DNA of 64,000 nucleotides from Bacillota bacterium. GTDB taxonomy: Bacteria; Bacillota; Clostridia; Christensenellales; SZUA-584. Below the pieces are notes generated by a model. It did no database searches and was not told the origin of the DNA. It worked only from the letters and a program-made list of their open reading frames with translations. Below, piece by piece: positions 23,022-35,361 of the stretch (positions within the stretch are counted from its first letter, which is position 1; each line of letters starts with the position of its first letter). Made by a program: the position numbers and the translations under genes. The stretch covers positions 24,849-88,848 of the forward strand of contig JAEYPS010000029.1 in the NCBI GenBank assembly GCA_023410475.1. Reading direction: 5' to 3'.

Positions 23022-23774
23022 ATGAAGATATTAAGGGCGTCTAAGGATGGACAAACTTTTTACGCGGTGCTTAATGAAGGGCGAGCGCTGCGCATAGCGG
23101 GCGGGCCTTTCGGCGAGTTATCGTATACAAGAGAGGAATACGAGCTTGGCTCTTTGGTGCTGCTGGCGCCGTGCGAGCCCACAAAGGTGGTGGCGGTGGG
23201 GCTCAACTATTCTGATCACGCCAAAGAGCTCGACGAGAAGCTGATCGGCAGCCCTGTGCTTTTTATAAAGCCCTCGACGGCTGTTATAGCGCACGGGCAG
23301 AGCATAGTATATCCTTCCGATTCCTCGCGCGTGGATTATGAGGCGGAGCTGGCGGTCGTAATCAAAAAAACATGCCGCAATATTTCAGCTGATAAAGCGC
23401 GCGACTATATACTTGGGTTTACCGCACTTAACGACGTTACGGCCCGCGACCTGCAAAAGAATGACGGACAGTGGACACGGGCGAAGTCTTTCGATACGTT
23501 TTGCCCGATAGGGCCGTACATAGACACGCAATTCGATCCCGAAAACAAGAGTATCAAAAGCGTGCTTGGCGGTGAGGTAAAGCAAAGTGGCAGCACGTCG
23601 GACATGCTTTTTAAAGTGCCTGAGCTTATAAGTTTTATCAGCTCGTGCATGACGCTTTTGCCGGGCGATGTTATAGCAACCGGCACGCCGGTTGGCGTAG
23701 GGCCCATGCAGAGGGGCGACACGATAGAGATAAGGATAGAAGGACTCGAGACACTCAGAAACACCGTTATATAG
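23022..23774 (+). CDS. fumarylacetoacetate hydrolase (FAH) family protein
   Basis: Motifs GLNYSDHAKE, DYEAELAVVI and GDVIATGTPVGVG. Start at the ATG after AAGGAG. Confidence 0.85.
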   Translation: MKILRASKDGQTFYAVLNEGRALRIAGGPFGELSYTREEYELGSLVLLAPCEPTKVVAVGLNYSDHAKELDEKLIGSPVLFIKPSTAVIAHGQSIVYPSDSSRVDYEAELAVVIKKTCRNISADKARDYILGFTALNDVTARDLQKNDGQWTRAKSFDTFCPIGPYIDTQFDPENKSIKSVLGGEVKQSGSTSDMLFKVPELISFISSCMTLLPGDVIATGTPVGVGPMQRGDTIEIRIEGLETLRNTVI

Positions 23775-23784
23775 GGAGGGAAAT

Positions 23785-24083
23785 ATGCACGAGTCAATGC
23801 TGAAATCGCAAGAGATGGACATGCTGTTCAAAGCGGTGCTGAGCCTTGAAAGCGCAGAGGAATGCTATATGTTCTTTGAAGATATCTGCACGATCTCAGA
23901 GCTCAAATCCATAGCGCAGAGGCTGAAAGTAGCCGCGCTGCTGAAGGACAAGCATACGTGCCATGACATATCGCAGAGCACGGGCGCAAGCACGGCCACG
24001 ATAAGCCGCGTCAACAAGTGCCTTCATTACGGCGCGGGCGGATATGATATAGTTTTAAAGCGGCTTCAGGGCCGGGAGGACTG

Positions 24084-24084
<1 letters not shown>
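23785..24084 (+). CDS. YerC/YecD-type TrpR-like DNA-binding protein
   Basis: 99 aa with HTH ISQSTGASTATISRVNKCL. Its stop overlaps the pcrA start (TGATG). Confidence 0.8.
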
Positions 24085-28242
<4,158 letters not shown>

Positions 28243-28247
28243 ACTCA

Positions 28248-28793
28248 ATGCTTCGCAATATCGGTAATTATGTGCTCGATATAGATATAGACGCCACGAA
28301 GCAGGCATTTATTAATATGCCTCCGGATGTACAATGCAGCTGTGACGGATGCAGGAATTATAACGTGGCGATGGCTTGCGTATCAGATGATGTCAAGGCA
28401 TTTATGGAATCGCTTGGCGTAGATATCTACAAGGCGTCTGAACTGATGATTCCGTTTGAGCTTGAAAACGGCTTGATCAGCTATATGGGTTTCTATCATA
28501 TCTGCGGTAAAATAATATCGGGAGCGAGGCCGGATAATTTTCGAGAAGTTCATCCAACCGAGTACCCTTATGATGAAACTAATCTGATAAAGATCGGAGA
28601 TAATTTTGAAGTCGGATTTAAGAATGAATGTGATTTACTGCCAGATAGTTTTGCTAAGCCTTGTTTTCAGATGGATATATTCGCAGACCTGCCATGGGTG
28701 ATTGAAAGAGGGGATGATCCGGGATATTATCCTTATGAAACAGAAAAAACCGGATTGGTTTCACGAATCAAGGCGCTGTTCAAAAGACATTAA
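28248..28793 (+). CDS. hypothetical protein (AT-rich orphan directly behind ligA)
   Basis: 181-aa ORF starting 5 nt after the ligA stop, with AGGTGAG inside the ligA 3' end. CSCDGCRNY motif. No family recognised. Confidence 0.55.
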   Translation: MLRNIGNYVLDIDIDATKQAFINMPPDVQCSCDGCRNYNVAMACVSDDVKAFMESLGVDIYKASELMIPFELENGLISYMGFYHICGKIISGARPDNFREVHPTEYPYDETNLIKIGDNFEVGFKNECDLLPDSFAKPCFQMDIFADLPWVIERGDDPGYYPYETEKTGLVSRIKALFKRH

Positions 28794-28890
28794 TTTCTGA
28801 ATATATTGCTTAATAATAGCTGGAATAAGCTTTCAGAATAATGCTATTAACGGATAACAATTCTGAATAAACGAAAAAAGGAGAAATAGA

Positions 28891-29358
28891 TTGACTGTTT
28901 TTCCGCAAGAGTTTGAAATCAAAATTATTGACAAGAAGAACAAGCAACCGATAGAAGGTATCGTACTTATGGTACATATTTTTGCAGACTATAAAAATGA
29001 CTATTGGGTTATCTCCAATTACAGCGATGATAACGGTATTGTCTGCATTACAAAACAAATGCTTGAAGAAAAGATCAATGTTTGCCGTAATATGTTCATT
29101 ATGGACTATTCATGTGATCTGGATCATTGCAAACCATACATAGAGATACTTGCGAGGGATGGCAATGAAATAAAAACACAGATGAATATATTAAAAGAAA
29201 ACTGGATGCCGTTTAATGAAGAGGCCGTCAGGAAATTTAACCATCTGAAGGGGTGTAAAAACCATTTGATATATAATAAAAGTATAAAGATTGACGTTGA
29301 TCAAGGTTCTCAAAAACAAAAGATTGATTTTAAAGCAGAGCTTATACGGAAAGCTTAG
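28891..29358 (+). CDS. hypothetical protein (AT-rich orphan)
   Basis: 155-aa ORF with TTG start 7 nt after AAAGGAG. No family recognised. Confidence 0.5.
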   Translation: MTVFPQEFEIKIIDKKNKQPIEGIVLMVHIFADYKNDYWVISNYSDDNGIVCITKQMLEEKINVCRNMFIMDYSCDLDHCKPYIEILARDGNEIKTQMNILKENWMPFNEEAVRKFNHLKGCKNHLIYNKSIKIDVDQGSQKQKIDFKAELIRKA

Positions 29359-29389
29359 CATTAGAGCTTATTCGGAAAGCTTAGCATTA
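29338..29389. repeat. 26-bp tandem duplication (2 copies, 1 mismatch)
   Basis: GAGCTTATACGGAAAGCTTAGCATTA / GAGCTTATTCGGAAAGCTTAGCATTA. The first copy encodes the last six codons plus the stop of the 28891 ORF. Confidence 0.9.
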
Positions 29390-29437
29390 CAATTATATCT
29401 AAAGAATAAAAACCATATCAAAACCCAAACTATTAAT

Positions 29438-29959
29438 ATGGGTTTTATTCATTTTCTGCTGATACTGGCTATAATACTTATCGTTTTGCTGATGCTGCCT
29501 CTCAAGGTGCGCGTGCGAGCAAATCTCAGCGGCGAAGGAAAATACGTAAAAGCGGTGTTGCTTCGCTTCGTCCGCGTAAACGTAACGCTGGGCGACGGCA
29601 AGCCGTATCTTCGCATATACCTATTTAATAACAGGATATATAATACTAGGCTCAAAAAGAGAAAAGAGACAGGCAATTCCATGCTTTGGCTGAAGTCCGC
29701 AGATATATCGCGCGTCAAGGCAGACGTGTATTACGGAATGAAGAGCCCGTTTTCTACAGGAATTGTCAGCGGCGCGCTGGGTATAGCGTCGGGGTTTTTT
29801 AAAATCGACGAGCTGGGCATTCACCCGGATTTTTTTGCCCAAAGCGATTATTTAAGGATAAACGCGTCTGCTGATATTGCTCTCGGGAATACTATCGTCA
29901 ATTTTGTAAAAAATAAAAGAAACGAACCTAGGAGGAACAAGGAATGGAGCAAAGCATAA
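29438..29959 (+). CDS. DUF2953 / YtfI-like sporulation membrane protein
   Basis: N-terminal TM helix (MGFIHFLLILAIILIVLL). Sits immediately upstream of, and overlaps, a GerW/YtfJ gene, as in the Bacillus ytfI-ytfJ pair. Confidence 0.6.
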   Translation: MGFIHFLLILAIILIVLLMLPLKVRVRANLSGEGKYVKAVLLRFVRVNVTLGDGKPYLRIYLFNNRIYNTRLKKRKETGNSMLWLKSADISRVKADVYYGMKSPFSTGIVSGALGIASGFFKIDELGIHPDFFAQSDYLRINASADIALGNTIVNFVKNKRNEPRRNKEWSKA

Positions 29960-30384
29960 ACCAGTATGTGGACACGCTTTTTACTAACATGGAGAACTTT
30001 TCGCAAAAGGACGGCCTTATAGGCAAGCCGGTCATACAGGGCGACAAGACGTTTTTGCCCGTGATGTCGATTACGCTAGGATACGGCGGCGGGGATACGC
30101 AGGCCAAGAGCAAGCAGAATGCCGGAAACGCAAGCACGATGGGCGGCGGTGTGTTCGGCGGAGCGCTGGGTATAGGCGCTAAGCTCTGCACGGACGCGGT
30201 AATAGTAATAGATAAGGACAACGTTCTTATGGCACCCGTAAACGCTCAGGCGGGCAGCGTGAGTCAGGTCATCAACAAAATACCGCAGATAATAAGCAGC
30301 ATGAACCCTCAGATGGGGCAGGGATCGCAGGGCGGCCAGGCACAGGGCGGGGCTCAAGGCGGCCAGCCCGGGGGGATGGTTTGA
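29944..30384 (+). CDS. gerW: GerW/YtfJ family sporulation protein
   Basis: 146 aa with GKPVIQGDKTFLPVMSITLGYGGG... and a Gly/Gln-rich tail. Terminator hairpin follows. Confidence 0.75.
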   Translation: MEQSINQYVDTLFTNMENFSQKDGLIGKPVIQGDKTFLPVMSITLGYGGGDTQAKSKQNAGNASTMGGGVFGGALGIGAKLCTDAVIVIDKDNVLMAPVNAQAGSVSQVINKIPQIISSMNPQMGQGSQGGQAQGGAQGGQPGGMV

Positions 30385-30460
30385 AATAAGCAACACAAAG
30401 AACAATAGCTGACTTGATTAGGTCAGCTTTTTTGTGTAAAAAGAAGCGGGTCATTTTTTA

Positions 30461-30769
30461 TCACTCTCCCAGCACGAACGTAGTGGCGCTCATGGGATGG
30501 CTGTGAAACAGCGCTGTGTCCGTTGTGCCTTCAAAATAGTGATAGTGCTTATACTGCTCGCGGTCCACGTATGTCGGTTCTATTGTCCGCATGAAATACG
30601 CGTGCGAATGGCCGCCGTTTACCGTGGTAACGCCGCTTATGGTGTGAGTATGCCCCGGCACATTCGGTGCAAAGCCCGATACACCCGAAAACAGATGCAG
30701 GTGTCCGTCTATATATACTGTAACGCCCTTGAATTCGTGCGTGTGAACTTCGCCCGGCACGGTCATCAA
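30461..30769 (-). CDS. YmaF family protein (His-rich repeats)
   Basis: 102 aa with reiterated H-x-H units: HTHEF, GHLHLF, GHTHTISG, GGHSHAY, HYHYFEG, FHSHPM. Confidence 0.7.
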   Translation of the reverse strand: MMTVPGEVHTHEFKGVTVYIDGHLHLFSGVSGFAPNVPGHTHTISGVTTVNGGHSHAYFMRTIEPTYVDREQYKHYHYFEGTTDTALFHSHPMSATTFVLGE

Positions 30770-30866
30770 CTCCCTGTTTTATAATACGTATATGTTTTCA
30801 AGGTGTTACAGCTCTCGCAAAATAAAAAGGCCTTGTAAGAAAGGCCTTTAGACTACAAATTTATTT

Positions 30867-32231
30867 TTACAGCAGCTTTTTCGTTTCCTTGTTGACGCTG
30901 CCCGAGCCGAGCGTTATCACGACGTCGCCCGGAGAGGCGTTTTTACCGAGATACTCGCTAATCTGCTCGAACGTCGGTACATACTCGCAGGGCGTGTTTT
31001 TGGATATCGCCTCCGCGAGGTCTCTTGCGTGTATCTCACCTGTGTCTATATCGCGGCCCGGATAGATGTCGGGAACTATGACCATATCAGCGCTTTTGAA
31101 GCATAAGGCGTATTTGTATTTAAGCGTCTTGGCACGCGTGTACGAGTTGCACTGGAACACTGCCCACAGCTTTTTATGAGGGTATTTCGAAGCGGCTTCA
31201 AGACAAGCCTCGATTTCTGTCGGATGATGAGCGTAGTCGTGTATTATTTTAACGCCGTTCTTTTCGCCCATCTCCTCAAACCTGCGTCCGACGAGATTAT
31301 ATTTCAAAAGAGGAGCCGCCATATCGGCCGGGTCTATTCCGAACACCTCGCTGCACACCGTTATTGCGGCAAGGGCGTTGGCCATGTTGTGCTTGCCGAC
31401 GACGCTGAGCTTTATCCTTGCCGTGCCCTTGGGAGAAACGACATCGAAAGACGGGCAGCCTCCCTCGTCGTACTCTATGTTCGCCGCGACATAGTCTTCG
31501 CTATCAAAGCCGTAAGTAATATATTTTCGCCCGCATTCCTTCGCAAGTTTCCTGACAAGCGGGTCGTGCACGTACGCGAAGAGTATCCCGTCCTCCGGCA
31601 GCAGCGACGCGAACTTGAAGAAAGCCTTATAGATATCAGTGATGCTTTTGTAGTAATCGAGGTGGTCGTCGTCTATGTTGTTTATAAGAGCGTATGTCGG
31701 GCGAAGCTCCAGGAAGCTTTTGACGTACTCACACGCTTCGGTGAGAAACGCCGGATATTCGCCTATCGCAACGCCGCCTCCAAGAAAATCAACCATGCCG
31801 CCTATATGGACGGTTAGGTCTACGCCGCATTCGCGCAGTATGAGAGCGCTCATGGATGTTATAGTTGTCTTGCCGTGGCACCCCGCGATGCCAATAACCG
31901 TTCCAAACTGTCTGCTTATAAGCCCTAAAAGCTCCGCTCTCGTCAGCATGGGAAGTCCAAGTTCTTTTGCTCTGTCGTATTCGGGGTTACCCGGCTTTAT
32001 CGCCGCGTTGTATATAACAAGCTCTGCGTCGCCTATATTGTCCGCGCTGTGTCCAAGCACGAACGGTATGCCTTCGCTTTCGAGTTTTTTCGTAAACGCG
32101 GATTCGTTTATATCGCTGCCCTTAGGTTTAAGGCCCAGATTCTTCAGTATTACAGCAAGCCCGCTCATGCTGCATCCGCCTATTGCTATGAAATGAACGC
32201 TTTTGCCTGTGTATTGTTTAAGATCTACCAT
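30867..32231 (-). CDS. murC: UDP-N-acetylmuramate--L-alanine ligase
   Basis: 454 aa with Mur ligase P-loop GIAGCHGKTTITSM and N-terminal Rossmann motif FIAIGGCSMSGLA. Confidence 0.95.
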   Translation of the reverse strand: MVDLKQYTGKSVHFIAIGGCSMSGLAVILKNLGLKPKGSDINESAFTKKLESEGIPFVLGHSADNIGDAELVIYNAAIKPGNPEYDRAKELGLPMLTRAELLGLISRQFGTVIGIAGCHGKTTITSMSALILRECGVDLTVHIGGMVDFLGGGVAIGEYPAFLTEACEYVKSFLELRPTYALINNIDDDHLDYYKSITDIYKAFFKFASLLPEDGILFAYVHDPLVRKLAKECGRKYITYGFDSEDYVAANIEYDEGGCPSFDVVSPKGTARIKLSVVGKHNMANALAAITVCSEVFGIDPADMAAPLLKYNLVGRRFEEMGEKNGVKIIHDYAHHPTEIEACLEAASKYPHKKLWAVFQCNSYTRAKTLKYKYALCFKSADMVIVPDIYPGRDIDTGEIHARDLAEAISKNTPCEYVPTFEQISEYLGKNASPGDVVITLGSGSVNKETKKLL

Positions 32232-32376
32232 ACATACCTCACTGTAAGTCTTTTGAAGGCACGTAATGCATTATACTCCAAACGCCTCGGCAATATCAAT
32301 AAAAAGCTTTGCGGCTATTTAAAATTGATGCAAAAAACCCTATAATAGTATATGAGAAATTCGTAAGAGGTGCACT

Positions 32377-33183
32377 ATGGAGAAGACCGACAGAAAAACA
32401 AGGATAACGGCCATAACGGCGATACTGACAAAGAATCCTTCAAAGCCTTATCCGCTGCAGGCATTTTGTGATATGTTCGGCGCCGCGAAATCGTCTATCA
32501 GCGAAGACATTTCGATGATAAAGGCGATACTTTCCGAGCAGGCACTGGGCGAGATAGAAGTAGCGGTGGGGGCGACGGGAGGCGTTAAGTATATTCCTAC
32601 CGTGACGGGGGAGATAAGGGCGCAAGTGCTTTCTGAGGTCGCAGAAAAGCTGTCAAACCCGTGGAGGATATTGTCCGGCGGCTATATATACACCGTCGAT
32701 ATATTTTCCGACCCTAAGTATGTATGCGCTATGGCGGAGATACTCGCGGGAATGTACCTTAAAACGAACCCGGACTTTATAGTGACCGTGGAAACGAAGG
32801 GAGTGGCTCTAGCGTTCGAGGTCGCAAGATCGCTCGCAAAGCCTCTTGTTATAGCCCGGAGCGACTCTATAATAACGGAAGGCTCGGCGGTAACCATAAA
32901 CTATGTGACAGGCACGTCGAGAAGGATGCGCACGATGTCCATATCGAGGCGTGCGCTGAGCGCAGGACAAAAGGCGCTTTTGATCGACGACTTCATTGCG
33001 GGCGGCGGGACGCTGAACGCCCTTTGCGGCATGATGAAGGAGCTCAGCATAACTGTAGTCGGGTGCGGCGTGGCTATAGCGACAAGAGCGCCCGAAAAGA
33101 AGAGGGTTGACAACTATAAGGCTCTGCTTATGCTCGAGGACGTTGACACCTCAGCCGAACGCATCACAATACATCCGGTTTAG
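32377..33183 (+). CDS. purR: pur operon repressor
   Basis: 268 aa with an N-terminal PurR winged-helix and a C-terminal PRTase fold with LLIDDFIAGGGT. Confidence 0.9.
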   Translation: MEKTDRKTRITAITAILTKNPSKPYPLQAFCDMFGAAKSSISEDISMIKAILSEQALGEIEVAVGATGGVKYIPTVTGEIRAQVLSEVAEKLSNPWRILSGGYIYTVDIFSDPKYVCAMAEILAGMYLKTNPDFIVTVETKGVALAFEVARSLAKPLVIARSDSIITEGSAVTINYVTGTSRRMRTMSISRRALSAGQKALLIDDFIAGGGTLNALCGMMKELSITVVGCGVAIATRAPEKKRVDNYKALLMLEDVDTSAERITIHPV

Positions 33184-33257
33184 CGGAAACGGAAAAACCA
33201 AAAAGTTTTAAGACATAAAAACGCCCCCGATGAAATTTGCTTCACGGGGGCATTTAT

Positions 33258-34619
33258 TTACAGCGTTTTTTCTATCTCGAGTACGCGCTCTACGCTTTGC
33301 TCCAACATTCCGAGCTCGTAAAGCGCCGTGGCGCAGCTGTATCTCGAGCGGAAGTCTTTCGTGCAAAGCAGCGTTTTGCGAAGAAGCTCCGTGTCTATCC
33401 CCGCCTTTGTGGCGCATGTGGGAGCGCCGAACAGCTCATAGGTCTTTGCGATATCCCTGTAAGCGGGCAGTATGGCGCAGTCGGCCTTATACTGCTCATG
33501 ATACGCAGCGATATTATCTATGCGTTTTTCGTGCTCAGGCCATTCGAGATACCAGTATTTATTGACGTGTGTTACCTCTTCTCCCACGCTGCCCGGGAAG
33601 TATTCTTTGAGGAACGCAAATTTCTCGTCCCTTGTCATGCGTCCGCTCTTGATCTTCTCTTTGTCAAGCTTTGAGACGTCGATGCCTTTGAGTATGTCGT
33701 GAAACACGAGCGTGTAGATTAGTCCTATGCCCGCGCTTATGCCGTGGGACGGGGCGGGGGTACCGTAAGCGAGATGGGACATCTCCCAGTAGTGCGACAT
33801 GCTGTGCTCTACTGACGAGCAAGAGCGGGTCTCTCCTATGATAAGCATCGTAAGGCCGGCGAGTATCAGCGACTCTATGAGCGCCTCCATGCCTTTATCG
33901 CTGCGGTTTACTATTTCATCTATATTTGAGGAGCACATTTCAAGAGCCGTTTCAAGTATATGACCGCACGCAGGGCAGAACGTCTCGCCGGATACCGCGC
34001 TTCCGAGCTTCCAGTCGACTAGCACCGTGTATTTGGCGAACATGTCGCCCACACCGCCCGCCTGCATAAGCATCGGCGCGGATGCAAGCACGTCGGGGTC
34101 GAACAAAAGCAGCTTTGCCGCGCTGCCCGGCAGCGAAACCTTCATGCCGTTAACGATCATAGACGAGGTTACGGCTGTATAGGCGTCCATGGAAGCCGCC
34201 GTGCCGAAAACGGCGAAAGGAAGCCCCGCGATATAAGCCGCCTGCCTTGTGACGTCGGTCACGACGCCCGAGCCCACGCCGAGCAGAAAATCCGCGCCGC
34301 CCGAAGCGTCAACCGCGAGTCCGGACATCTCTGGAGTTGGGTCGACCTTGCTTCCCGGCAGAACGCAGACGCGGCAGGAATAGCCCGCCGCTGAAAGCCT
34401 CTTTTCTATTGCGCTTCCGGCGACATCCCATGTGATGCCGTCGGCGACCAAAACAACATTTTTGCCCAGCCCCGAGGCCGCTATGAGGTCCGGGCAGCCG
34501 TCGATGATGCCGCGCTTTATATGTATGTCCATTTCGGGCTTGTTGTGTTTATAGCCGCAATCGCACACTAAATTCTCAAGTGATATCTTTCCGTCTTTCT
34601 TTACGATGTCTACGCTCAT
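33258..34619 (-). CDS. iron-containing alcohol dehydrogenase family protein (glycerol-1-phosphate dehydrogenase/AraM-like)
   Basis: 453 aa with a Rossmann-like N-half (VVLVADG, GVGSGVVTDVTR) and metal-site histidines (SVEHSMSHYWE). The subfamily call is tentative. Confidence 0.6.
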   Translation of the reverse strand: MSVDIVKKDGKISLENLVCDCGYKHNKPEMDIHIKRGIIDGCPDLIAASGLGKNVVLVADGITWDVAGSAIEKRLSAAGYSCRVCVLPGSKVDPTPEMSGLAVDASGGADFLLGVGSGVVTDVTRQAAYIAGLPFAVFGTAASMDAYTAVTSSMIVNGMKVSLPGSAAKLLLFDPDVLASAPMLMQAGGVGDMFAKYTVLVDWKLGSAVSGETFCPACGHILETALEMCSSNIDEIVNRSDKGMEALIESLILAGLTMLIIGETRSCSSVEHSMSHYWEMSHLAYGTPAPSHGISAGIGLIYTLVFHDILKGIDVSKLDKEKIKSGRMTRDEKFAFLKEYFPGSVGEEVTHVNKYWYLEWPEHEKRIDNIAAYHEQYKADCAILPAYRDIAKTYELFGAPTCATKAGIDTELLRKTLLCTKDFRSRYSCATALYELGMLEQSVERVLEIEKTL

Positions 34620-34649
34620 GTTTTATCCTTTCAGTCTAATGTCATGATA

Positions 34650-34678
34650 ATAATAGTTTCAATGCGGGGCGTTGTCAA
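34650..34678 (-). promoter_or_regulatory. sigma-A type promoter for the 33258-34619 gene
   Basis: Minus strand TTGACA-17 nt-TATTAT in the 79-nt gap after the PII-like gene. Confidence 0.55.
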
Positions 34679-34698
34679 ACAATAAGGCTCAAAGCCGC

Positions 34699-35361
34699 CT
34701 ATTCGTACAGCCCGTAAGCGCTGCTCACCTGCTGGACATAGATTATACCGTTGCCCGGCTCTTCAATTTTAAGGTCCTTGCGTATCGAGTCTATTATTGC
34801 CTCGGTTCCTTTGCGCTCGGATATTATAAGAACTATCTCTTTCTCCGGCTCTATGCTCATCGAAAACAGCTTGCTCGTCTCGTGCATGCCCGAGCCGCGC
34901 GCGTTTACTATAGTGCCGCCTTTAGAGCCCGCCTTAACGGCGGCGTCTATTACGTCTTCGGCCTTGCCTTTGTCTACTATTATCGTTATTACGTTATACA
35001 CAGTGTCTCCACCTCTTTCTCCTGTAATGCAGCTGCTGCAGCTGCTTGTCCCCGTCACTTCGCAAACGGCGGTCGCAAACGCTATGCCGTGGCCCGGCTT
35101 GTCGAACCTGAATTTTTCATGGAGCGCTTCTATAGCGGCGCGGGCAGTGTCTCTGCCCGAGACCATCAGCACGAGTTCCCTCCTGACGTCCCCTAGGCCG
35201 AGATAGCCCAGCGAGGGGGTTTTTACAGTGCCCCTGCCCAGCATCACCGTAGCGCCCGTTATCCCAGAGCGCTTTGCCTCCTTTATAACCTTGCTGCCAA
35301 GCCCGTTGCTCACCACTACGTATATAAGCTCATACGAGGCTTCTTCTATGTCACTTGACAC
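34699..35361 (-). CDS. tandem (fused) PII-like signal-transduction protein
   Basis: 220 aa with two GlnB-like beta-alpha-beta modules (~res 10-105 and ~120-217; e.g. ITIIVDKGKAEDVIDAAVKAGSKGGTIVNARGSG...) joined by the linker TGTSSCSSCITGERGG. Its start overlaps the upstream membrane gene by 11 nt. Confidence 0.7.
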   Translation of the reverse strand: MSSDIEEASYELIYVVVSNGLGSKVIKEAKRSGITGATVMLGRGTVKTPSLGYLGLGDVRRELVLMVSGRDTARAAIEALHEKFRFDKPGHGIAFATAVCEVTGTSSCSSCITGERGGDTVYNVITIIVDKGKAEDVIDAAVKAGSKGGTIVNARGSGMHETSKLFSMSIEPEKEIVLIISERKGTEAIIDSIRKDLKIEEPGNGIIYVQQVSSAYGLYE

